Source: Octopus sinensis (taxonomy: Eukaryota). Taken from it: DNA of 17,899 nt. The position numbers and the translations under genes were made by a program. The notes beneath the pieces were generated by a model. The model made no database searches. It was not told the origin of the DNA and saw only the letters and a program-made list of their open reading frames with translations. Each line of letters starts with the position of its first letter. Position 1 is the stretch's first letter. Location: the NCBI RefSeq assembly GCF_006345805.1, contig NW_021824561.1, forward strand, positions 1-17,899, written 5' to 3'. Of this stretch, positions 1 to 8,371 are shown piece by piece.

Positions 1-92
1 CCTCGGCGGAATTTGAACTCAGAAGTAAGCGGCAGACGAAATACCGCTCTGCATTCGCCCAGCGTGCTACCGATTCTGCCAATCTAACCGCT
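1..92 (-). mobile_element. Group A tRNA-derived SINE, 5' head (cut by window edge)
   Basis: Reverse complement gives TGGCAGAATCGGTAGC (A-box-like) ... GGTATTTCGTCTGCC ... GAGTTCAAATTCCGCCGAGG (B-box-like), matching the group A copies elsewhere in the window. Confidence 0.85.
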
Positions 93-102
93 TGGCCACA
101 TG

Positions 103-106
<4 letters not shown>

Positions 107-144
<38 letters not shown>
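107..144. repeat. (CA)n microsatellite
   Basis: Direct reading. Confidence 0.97.
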
Positions 145-147
<3 letters not shown>

Positions 148-262
148 TACACGCATAGACACTTATATAGACGCAATATCATAATACATAATATTTAAGC
201 CGATCAAGTGATGTGTTATTCTAGAGCGGGTTAAATTTTTCCTGAATTCTCCGCATCCTTAC

Positions 263-644
263 ATGTGCGTGTGTATACACATAAATATATACTTATATAC
301 GTGTGTGTGTGTGTGTGTATTTGTGTGTGTGTATGTGTGTGGTGTGTAATGTGTTATGTCGTGTGTGTGTGTGTGTGTGTATGTGTGTATGTGTGTGTGT
401 GTGTGTGTGTGGTAATGTGTGATGTGTGTGTGTGTGTGTGTTTATGTGGTGTGTGGTGTGTGTGTATGTGTGTATGTGTGTGTGTGTTTATGTGGTGTAT
501 GTGTGTGTATGTGTGTGGTGTGTGTGTGATGTGTTGTATGTGTTGTGTGTGTTTGTGTGTGTATGTGTGTATGCAGTGTGTGGTGTGTGTGTGTGTATGT
601 GTGTATGTTTGTGTGTTGTGTGTGTGTGTGTGTGTATGTGTGTA

Positions 645-676
<32 letters not shown>

Positions 677-697
677 TATGTGTGTGTGTGGTTGTGT
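263..697. repeat. Compound (TG)n / TGTA / TGG imperfect microsatellite
   Basis: Direct reading; explains the VC-repeat ORFs 265..717 and 426..701. Confidence 0.95.
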
Positions 698-738
698 ATA
701 GACGGAAACTGAAATAAGCCCGTCGTATATATGTTATA

Positions 739-780
<42 letters not shown>

Positions 781-878
781 CGTGTATTTATGTTTGTGTG
801 TCTTTGTCCCCCAACATCGTTGTGTGCCTAGCGGTTCGGCAAAAGATACCTATAGAGTAAGTGTCATGCTTAAAAAAT
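698..878 (+). mobile_element. Group B SINE, 5'-truncated, with internal (TA)n/(TG)n
   Basis: TAGACGGAAACTGAAATAAGCCCGTCGTATATATG-(TA)n-TGTCCCCC ... GCGGTTCGGCAAAAGA matches the central and 3' parts of the copy at 3565-3986. Confidence 0.8.
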
Positions 879-1091
879 TAGATGCTGAGGTCGATCAAAA
901 ATTCATCAAATTTGATGAGGTTACCTATGAAGAAAACCAAACAATACCAAAGTAAGGGGTTCCCACGGACTATGAACCTGCAAAATCTTACCTCTTTACT
1001 CGAATGAAAGACAACTCAGAATTTATAAGAAATTCACAATCGAGCATAACAAGGATATTTCCATCATTTGTTGCCCAAACGGATATCACTA

Positions 1092-1725
1092 CACACACGC
1101 AATTTTTAAGAAGTTAACTGTTACTTTATTTTATCGATCTTGAAGGAATGAAATGCAAGGTTGACCTCATTGTGATTTGAACTCAAAACGTAAAGTATTT
1201 TTTTTTTTACTACCCACAAGGGGCTAAACACAGAGAGGACAAACAAGGACAGACAAACGGATTAAGTCGATTATATCGACCCCAGTGCGTAACTGGTACT
1301 TATTTAATCGACCCCGAAAGGATGAAAGGCAAAGTCGACCTCGGCGGAATTTGAACTCAGAACGTAACGGCAGACGAAATACGGCCACGCATTTTGCCCG
1401 ACGTGCTAACGTTTCTTATTTCTTTACTATCCACAAGGGGCTAAACACAGAGAAGACAAACAAGGACAGACAGACGGATTAAGTCGATTATATCGACCCC
1501 AGTGCGTAACTGGTACTTATTTAATCGATCCCTAAAGGATGAAAGGCAAAGTCGACCTCGGCGGAATTTGAACTCAGAACGTAACGGCAGACGAAATACG
1601 GCTACGCATTTTGCCCGACGTGCTAACGTTTCTGCCAGCTCGCCGCCTTTCAAAACGTAAAGTGCTGAAAGAAATCTTTATCCGACGCACGAACGAATGA
1701 ACGATCCTTCTAGATCAGCCCCTTA
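1092..1725 (-). mobile_element. Old degenerate group A SINE split by a younger insertion (host parts about 1092-1196 and 1664-1725)
   Basis: TTTTATCGATCTTGAAGGAATGAAATGCAAGGTTGACCTC ... GATTTGAACTCAAAACGTAAAGT is a diverged group A core and B box; similarity resumes after the second TSD copy. Outer limits approximate. Confidence 0.6.
1197..1649 (-). mobile_element. Young group A SINE dimer (head + two bodies, 217-bp period)
   Basis: 14-bp TSD TCAAAACGTAAAGT at 1183-1196 and 1650-1663. Internal junction at 1416/1417 reads AAAGAAATA|AGAAACGTTAGC on the minus strand. A-rich 3' end. Confidence 0.93.
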
Positions 1726-1802
1726 TCGTTTAACAATGATGCTTTTACTAATAACAGAAGGTATTCAAATCCTGCTCCAGATCAAATCTGCCATTCATCA
1801 TT

Positions 1803-2447
1803 TCATAATAATGGTTTCATATTTTAGTACAAGGCCAGCAGGTTCGGGATAAGGTGTAAGTCGGTTACATAGACCGGCGAGCTGGCAGAAACGTTAGCAC
1901 GTCGGGCGAAATGCGTAGCCGTATTTCGTCTGTCGTTACGTTGTGGGTTCAAATTCCGCCGAGGTCGACTTTGCCTTTCATCCTTTCGGGGTCGATAAAT
2001 TAAGTACCAGTTACGCACTGGGGTCGATGTAATCGACTTAATACCTATGTCTGTCCTTGTTTGTCCCCTCTGTGTTTAGCCCCTTGTGGGTAATAAAGAA
2101 ATAGGTATTTCGTCTGTCGTTATGTTGTGGGTTCAAATTCCGCCGAGGTCGACTTTGCCTTTCATCCTTTCGGGATCGATAAATTAAGTACCAATTACGC
2201 ACTGGGGTCGATGTAATCGACTTAATACCTATGTCTGTCCTTGTTTGTCCCCTCTGTGTTTAGCCCCTTGTGGGTAATAAAGAAATAGGTTACATAGACC
2301 GCAGTGCTCAATTGGTATGACTTTTATCGACCCTGAAAGAATTGCAAAGCAATATCAGCCTCGATAGCATTTGAACGTATAATCCGAAGAAATGCCGCTA
2401 AGCATTTATTTTTTTCTGTATATTAATGATTCTACTAGCGCACCGCC
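1803..2447 (-). mobile_element. Old group A SINE with the alternative tail (A2), split by the insertion at 1876-2287
   Basis: TTTTAGTACAAGGCCAGCAG ... AAGTCGGTTACATAGACC | GCAGTGCTCAATTGGTA ... TTTATCGACCCTGAAAG ... CCGCTAAGCATT ... CCGCCTT is collinear with the A2 copy at 2465-2667. Confidence 0.75.
1876..2287 (+). mobile_element. Young group A SINE dimer (head + two bodies, 184-bp period)
   Basis: 13-bp TSD GGTTACATAGACC at 1863-1875 and 2288-2300. Junction AAAGAAATA|GGTATTTCG at 2103/2104. A-box-like TGGCAGAAACG and B-box-like GGTTCAAATTCC present. Confidence 0.95.
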
Positions 2448-2464
2448 TTATCAGTGCTTATATT

Positions 2465-2667
2465 AATTTCACATTTTGGTACAAGTCCAGCAAGGGAGTA
2501 AGTCGATTACATTGACCCCAGTGCTCAGCTGGTACATATTTTAGCGACTCCGGAGGGAATAAAAGGCAAAGTGGACTCCGGCAGCATTTGAACTCAGAAC
2601 GTACCGTCGGACAAATTACCGCTAAGCATTTTTACCAGCGTTCTAACGACTCTGCCAGTTTGCCGCT
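2465..2667 (-). mobile_element. Older group A SINE, A2 tail, monomer
   Basis: Same head and core as group A (TCTGCCAG, ATTTGAACTCAGAACGT, AAAGGCAAAGT) with tail TTTTGGTACAAGTCCAGCA. Confidence 0.82.
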
Positions 2668-2688
2668 TTGTCATTGTGTATAATATAA

Positions 2689-2944
2689 ATAATAAATGCG
2701 CCCTTTTAAAACCTAACCAGGCTCATGGACTCGGTTTCCCGGTTACAAGGTCGTGCGTGTACCCCAGCTTGACGGGACGCCAGTCCATCGCAGCGTCACT
2801 CATTTTTGTCAGCTGAGCTGGCTGGAGCAACGTGGAATGAAGTGTTTTGCTCAAGAACACAACGCGTCGCCCGGTCCAGGGATCGAAACCACAATCTTAC
2901 GATCATGATGCTGACACCCTAACCACTAAGCCACGCGCCCCCAC
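2689..2944 (-). mobile_element. tRNA-derived SINE (group C-related) with CORE-like and V-like modules
   Basis: Minus strand has GCGTGGCTTAGTGGTTAGGG (A box), GGTTTCGATCCC (B box), TTCTTGAGCAAAACACTT (CORE-like) and GCGATGGACTGGCGTCCCGTC (V-domain-like; both domain names from memory). 14-bp TSD TGTGTATAATATAA at 2675-2688 and 2945-2958. Confidence 0.88.
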
Positions 2945-3070
2945 TGTGTATAATATAATAGCAATCAAGCTAAGGTAGTGTTTTAGTTTTGATGTTTATA
3001 GCCTTCTCCTTCAAAATGTGTGGCCTTCTACTTCTGCTACAAACCAACAAGAAAAATGTTTCGATATGCT

Positions 3071-3240
3071 GGTGCAGGTATGGTTGCGCGATAAAAAAAA
3101 AAAAGAGAGCGCTTTGATACCATGTGGTTTGAGGTTCAGTCCTACTTTGAGCAAGAGATTTCAACTATAGCCTCAAGTCAACCAGCTAAAGCCTTGTGAG
3201 TGAATTTGGCAGACAGAAATTGTTTGGAAGCCCATCGCAT
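3071..3240 (+). mobile_element. Degenerate group B SINE, 5' half
   Basis: GGTTCAGTCC ... TTGAGCAAG ... ACTATAGCCTC ... GCCTTGTGAGTGAATTTGGCAGACAGAAA ... GAAGCCCATCG parallels 3565-3730. Confidence 0.75.
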
Positions 3241-3564
3241 ACACACACACACACATACATACATACATACATACATACATACATACATACATACATTCAT
3301 ACATACATACATACATACATACATACATACATACATACGTTCATACATACATACATACATACATACATACATACATACATTCATACATACATACATACAT
3401 ACATACATACATACATTCATACATACATACATACATACACACATACATACATACATACATACATTCATACATACATACATACATACATACATACATACAT
3501 ACATACGTTCATACATACATACATACATACATACATACATACATACATACATACATACATACAT
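3241..3564. repeat. (CA)n then long (TACA)n tetranucleotide array
   Basis: Direct reading; explains the HTYI / MYVC ORFs. Confidence 0.97.
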
Positions 3565-3986
3565 AGCGCAGGAGTGACTGTGTGGTAAGTAGCTTGCTAA
3601 CCAACCACATGGTTCCGGGTTCAGTCCCACTGCGTGGCATCTTGGGCAAATGTCTTCTACTATAGCCTCGGGCCGACCAATGCCTTGTGAGTGGATTTGG
3701 TAGACAGAAACTGAAAAGAAGCCCGTCGTATATATGTATATATATATATATGCGTGTGTGTGTTTGTGTGTCTGTGTTTGTCCCCCTAGCATTGCTTGAC
3801 AACCGATGCTGGTGTGTTTATGTCCCCATTACTTAGTGGTTCGGCAAAAGAGACCGATAGAATAAGTACTGGGCTTACAAAAAGAATAAGTCCCGGGGTC
3901 GAGTTGCTCGATTAAAGGCGGTGCTCCAGCATGGCCGAAGTCAAATGACTGAAACAATTAAGAGTAAGAGTAAAGAGTAAAGAGAG
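3565..3986 (+). mobile_element. Full-length group B tRNA-derived SINE (CORE-like domain, internal TA/TG microsatellite, AGAGTA-type tail)
   Basis: Head GCGCAGGAGTGACTGTGTGGTAAG ... GGGTTCAGTCCC (A/B boxes), CORE-like TTGGGCAAATGTCTTCT, internal (TA)n(TG)n at about 3729-3780, tail AAGAGTAAGAGTAAAGAGTAAAGAG. Confidence 0.88.
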
Positions 3987-4404
3987 AATAGGATTGTTGA
4001 GGTGGTTTGGCCTCATGGAGAGAATGGACGAAGAACGGATGGTAAGGAGGGTGATGAAAGCTGAACCAGAAGCAGACCTCTGTTTGTGTGGATGGATGGA
4101 TGGATGGAGAGTAGAAAGCTTTGGTAGTTATAGGTGTTGGAGTGAGAGAGGCAAGGGAGTTTATAAATGATAGGAAAGCTTGGCGTGTGTTTCTGGACGG
4201 ATGAGTGAATTTTGATGTTGTGCAAAAAGGTGCGGAACCAGCATGATTCGGTGGGGGTAAACCAGCATATGCTGTCGAGCCCTGCTACTGATATCGGAGG
4301 TTGCGTTCTATGCCTTGACCCCGAGCATAGAACGGAGCTCGCCCCCTTGAGCTGAGAAATGAATGGAATGCTTAGTATGTATCTTGCTGTGGCTACCTAC
4401 CTCC
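3985..4404 (+). mobile_element. Decayed RTE-clade LINE 3' end (ORF2 C-terminus to about 4204, plus 3' UTR)
   Basis: Translates to LLRWFGLMERMDEERMVRRVMKAE...WMDG and, after a frameshift, GVREAREFINDRKAWRVFLDG*. This fits the RTE C-terminal pattern RLRWFGHVERM...RWMD...DR..WR. UTR limit approximate; an A-run follows at 4405. Confidence 0.8.
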
Positions 4405-4481
4405 AAAAAAAAAAAAAAATGGGGAATAGGCCTGGGTATATGATAGGATATCATATACCCATATATAGGTATATGATATGA

Positions 4482-4906
4482 AGGCGGCGAGCTGGCAGAA
4501 ACGTTAGCAAGCCGGGCGAAATGCTTAACGGTATTTCGTCCTGCGTTACGTTGTGAGTTCAAATTCCGCCGAGTCGACTTTGCCTTTCATCCTTTCGGGC
4601 CTTTCGGGGGTCGATAAATTAAAGTACCAGTTACGCACTGGGGTCGATGTAATCGACTTAATACCTATGTCTGTCCTTGTTTGTCCCCTCTGTGTTTAGA
4701 GCCCCTTTGGTAATAAAGAAATAGGTATTTCGTCTGCGTTACGTTGTGAGTTCAAATTCCTCCGCCGAGGTCGACTTTGGCCTTTCATCCTTTCGGCGTC
4801 GATAAATTAGTACCAGTTACGCACTGGGGTCGATGTAATCGACTTAATACCTATGTCTGTCCTTGTTTGACCCCTCTGTGTTTAGCCCCTTGTGGGTAAT
4901 AAAGAA
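4482..4906 (+). mobile_element. Young group A SINE dimer
   Basis: 17-bp TSD ATAGGTATATGATATGA at 4465-4481 and 4907-4923. Junction AAAGAAATA|GGTATTTCG at 4723/4724. Several small indels. Confidence 0.94.
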
Positions 4907-4924
4907 ATAGGTATATGATATGAT

Positions 4925-5132
4925 GATGTGTGTGTTTGTGTCATTGTATATGTCCCCCACCAGATCGGTCGGCAACTGGTATTAGTGTACGTCTCCATAT
5001 CTTAGCAGTTCGGCGTAAGTAAACGTTAGACTAAGTATCGCATAAACACAATAAGTACTGGGAAGGGATTTGCTCGCCTAAACCCTTCAAAATAGTGCAC
5101 CAGTGTGGCCGCATTTCAATAAGTGAAGCAAG
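4925..5132 (+). mobile_element. Degenerate group B SINE, 3' half
   Basis: TGTGTGTTTGTGTC ... TGTCCCCCACC ... CTTAGCAGTTCGGC ... ATAAGTACTGGG ... GTGCACCAGTGTGGCCGCA parallels 3760-3950. Confidence 0.65.
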
Positions 5133-5445
5133 TGTTGTTGTTTGTTCCTTTTCGAGCCATGCCTTGCTCATAAGGGCCGGTTTCCTGGTTTCATTGGCGT
5201 ATAGTTTCCCTGCCTGGACGGGACGCCGGTCCGTCGCAGGCGAGCTGCAAGATACAGGAGGAAAAAAAGTGTGAGAAAATTAAGGTGAAAATGTCTGCAG
5301 AAGTTCGCCATTAACTTCTACCGGAACCGCGTGGAATTTAGGTGTTTCGCTCATAAACACACACACATCGCCGGTCTGAGATTCGAACCCGCGATCTCCT
5401 CGACCGCGACTTTGCTGCTCTAACCACTAGGCCAAGTACCTCCAT
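5133..5445 (-). mobile_element. Group C tRNA-derived SINE (V-like module, CAA-type tail)
   Basis: Minus strand TGGAGGTACTTGGCCTAGTGGTTAGAGCAGC ... GGGTTCGAATCTCAGACCGG, collinear with 15590-15885. Confidence 0.85.
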
Positions 5446-5706
5446 GATTGAAGCAACTAGAAGATAAAGATTAAAGATTGGCGACGATGATGTGGTTATT
5501 GCTGTTATTTCTCCTTTTGATGATGATGATTAATCTCATATCGGCCTAAGGACTTTCCAGCCGTGGCCATCATAGTACATTTGCTTTTAGATACTACATG
5601 CAGTTTCATTGTTCAATACATTCTCAAAGACTTTCTTTCTTTAAGAGAATCGGTTGTGAGTCGAAGAATTCTTCGCTACAGATTCTAGCAGATCAACGTT
5701 CGGTAT

Positions 5707-6215
5707 AGCGTCTCTCTTTCTCTCTGTCTATCTCTCTATCTCACTCATTTACTCTCTCTCTCTTTCCCCCTCTCTCTCTCTCTCTCCTTCTCTTCCCATC
5801 TTCCTACCTCCTCCATGCTTTCCCTATCTCCCTCCTTTCTCCTTCAATCCCTCTCCCTCCCTCTCTCCTTCTCTCCCTCCCTTCCTCTCCTCGCCCTATC
5901 TCCCACTCACCCCCGTCTGTCTTCCTCCCTCTCCTTCTGTCTTCCTCTCTTTCCCTTTCTCTCCCCTGTATCGCTCTCCCTCTCTCCTCCCTCTTTCTCT
6001 CTCCCTCTCTCACTCACTCACCCTATCTCCCACTCTCCCCGTCTGTCTTCCTCCCTCTCCTTCTGTCTTCCTCTCTTTCCCTTTCTCTCCCCTGTATCGC
6101 TCTCCCTCTCTCCTCCCACTTTCTCTCTCCCTCTCTCACTCACTCATCCTTTCTCCTCCTTTCCCCCTCTCCCTATCCCATGTCTCTATCTGTCTCCCTT
6201 CCCGTTACTCTCTGG
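5707..6215. repeat. CT-rich polypyrimidine tract containing a ~127-bp tandem duplication (5894-6020 / 6021-6147)
   Basis: GTCTGTCTTCCTCCCTCTCCTTCTGTC ... CCCCTGTATCGCTCTCCC occurs at 5915 and 6041. Confidence 0.9.
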
Positions 6216-6782
6216 TTAGATAAGCAAGAACAGCAGTGGCAGTAGTTAGATACAGAGAAACAGTAGTAGTAAACAATATTTCAGGACAGCAGTTAATTAT
6301 CACCTTATTCATTCGCTCATTCGCTTATTCCTTAATTCCGTATATTCATGTATTCAGGTATTCATCCATTTATCCTTCGTCCATTCCGTCATATATCTTA
6401 TAGTATTAAGAGCCAGAACAGAGGTTACATATCCTGATAATTTTCATGTATTATTTATATATTCATTTATTGTCATAATTAATTTAGCAAAGTCGGGGCA
6501 GGACCCATAACTTTTACAGACCCACTAGAATTATTTTGACAGGCTGATATGACAAAGAGTCAGCATTCTCGTAGGATCTGCAGGACAATGTCTGCAACAA
6601 AAGAAGAAAAAAAATCATTGTAATTTGGTGAGAGCTACATTCGAACCAGGTATCAGAATTTTTGCAACAGACAGAATTCCACCAATAAAGGGATATATAA
6701 GCAAGGAAAACAGAGTAAAATCGAGCATTGTTTTACGTTCTCAACTCCACCACATCAAACACACACATAATATATATATATA

Positions 6783-7377
6783 TATTTCTTTACTACCCAC
6801 AAGGGGCTAAACATAGAGGGGACAAACAAGGACAGACAAAGGGATTAAGTCGACTACATCGACCCCAGTGCGAAACTGGTACTTTATTTATCGACCCCGA
6901 AAGGATGAAAGGCAAAGTCGACCTCGGGGGAATTTGAACTCAGAACGTATCAGTAGACGAAATACCTATTTCTTTACTACCCACAAGGGGCTAAACATAG
7001 AGGGGACAAACAAGGACAGACAAAGGGATTAAGTCGACTACATCGACCCCAGTGCGAAACTGGTACTTTATTTATCGACCCCGAAAGGATGAAAGGCAAA
7101 GTCGACCTCGGGGGAATTTGAACTCAGAACGTATCAGTAGACGAAATACCTATTTCTTTACTACCCACAAGGGGCTAAACATAGAGGGGACAACAGGACA
7201 GCAGCAGGGATTAAGTCGACTACATCGACCCCAGTGCGAAACTGGTACTTTATTTATCGACCCCGAAAGGATTAAAGGCAAAGTCGACCTCGCGGATTTG
7301 ACGTCAAGAACGTAACAACAGACGAATACCGCTAAGCATTTCGCCCGGCGCACTAACGTTTCTGCCAGCTCGCCGCC
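6783..7377 (-). mobile_element. Group A SINE trimer (head + three bodies, 184-bp period)
   Basis: Junctions CGAAATACC|TATTTCTTT at 6966/6967 and 7150/7151. Units 6783-6966 and 6967-7150 read as identical. Head ends GCTCGCCGCC at 7377. TSD is obscured by (TA)n flanks. Confidence 0.95.
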
Positions 7378-7530
7378 ATGTATATATATATTCACACACA
7401 CACACACGCATATACATAGACACACATAAACACTATCACATATATTTGGCTTTCATATTTGGTTCCCAACTCACACACACACGTATATGTATATGTATGT
7501 ATGCATATAAATGTGTGCGTGTGGTTTGTG

Positions 7531-7538
<8 letters not shown>

Positions 7539-7613
<75 letters not shown>

Positions 7614-7659
7614 TGTGCGTGAGAGAGAGAGAGTGTGTGGCGTGAGAGAGAGAGAGAGA
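7539..7659. repeat. (TA)n followed by (GA)n compound microsatellite
   Basis: Direct reading. Confidence 0.95.
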
Positions 7660-7680
7660 GAATTCACAACCCCCCCCCCC

Positions 7681-7845
7681 AAGACGAAGACTGGTGGTGT
7701 AGACAACAAACAGATGTATTAGTACAACGCTCGGGAATTGAAAATGTCTTTAACGTTTCGAGCCTACGCTCTCCCACAGAAGGGAACACAGAAAGAAACA
7801 AGGAGAGAAAATAAAGAATGTGTAGTGGCTAGCGATCTATCCTGG
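7681..7845 (-). mobile_element. Older Penelope-like pLTR-type unit with degenerate hammerhead-like motif (7752-7779)
   Basis: Minus strand CTGTGGGA-GAGC GTAG GCTC-GAAACGTT; homologous to 7903-8060 at 210-bp spacing. Confidence 0.6.
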
Positions 7846-7858
7846 CGAATGATATATA

Positions 7859-8342
7859 ACGGGAAGCTTTATGAAAATAAACAAAAGACGAAGGCAGGTG
7901 GAAAACAAACGAACAATTGTATTAGTATGGCGCTCAGGAAATATAAATAAAACAAGTCTTTAACGTTTCGAGCCTACGCTCTTCAACAGAAAGATACACA
8001 GAGAGAGAAAAACACAGAAAGAAGGAGAGAAAAAAAATGCGTGCAGTAGCTAACGAATCAACATGGCGATCTGATTTCGGCTCGAAACGTTAAAGACTTG
8101 TTTTATTTATATTTCCTGAGCGCCATACTAATACAATTGTTCGTTTGTTTTCCACCTGCCTTCGTCTTTTGTTTATTTTCATAAAGCTTCCCGTTATATA
8201 TTATGCGCTCACGTGGTCTCACTTTCATCCTATATTCTACCAATACCACTATCAACACTTACCTCTACCTTGGATTTTCTTTACCTCTTGGATACTTACC
8301 ATTGGCTGCACCTCTCTTTCGCGGATCAAAGTGACTTTGCAT
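7859..8342. mobile_element. Young non-autonomous Penelope-like insertion with head-to-head inverted structure
   Basis: 13-bp TSD CGAATGATATATA at 7846-7858 and 8343-8355. Perfect 123-bp inverted repeat 7852-7974 / 8079-8201. Hammerhead-like motif at 7962-7989 (-). The Penelope assignment rests on the minimal HHR plus inverted pseudo-LTR architecture; no RT or GIY-YIG ORF is present. Confidence 0.7.
7957..7994 (-). ncRNA. Minimal type-I hammerhead ribozyme-like motif with variant core (A6U)
   Basis: RNA UCUUU-CUGUUGA-A-GAGC GUAG GCUC-GAAA-CG-UU-AAAGA. Stem I is 5 bp (UCUUU/AAAGA), stem II 4 bp with a tetraloop, stem III the palindromic ACGU; predicted cleavage after GUU. Activity untested. 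Confidence 0.55.
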
Positions 8343-8371
8343 CGAATGATATATATATATATATATATATA

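Noticed and set aside
879-1110. Exon-like stretch DAEVDQKFIKFDEVTYEENQTIPK followed by GTAAG
   Set aside because: The donor is plausible but the acceptor lacks a pyrimidine tract, no family is recognisable and no partner exons were found.
2104-2200. HDV-like ribozyme at the start of the group A body
   Set aside because: A 7-bp P1-like helix is possible, but P3/L3, the P1.1 GG and P2 cannot be placed in the required order.
6540-6760. Open frame GSAGQCLQQKKKKNHCNLVRATFEPGIRIF...
   Set aside because: No recognisable motif or consistent splice sites; an ORF of this length is expected by chance.
6783-7377. Regularly spaced repeats resembling a CRISPR array
   Set aside because: The whole 184-bp units repeat with no unique spacers, the context is eukaryotic, and there are no cas genes.
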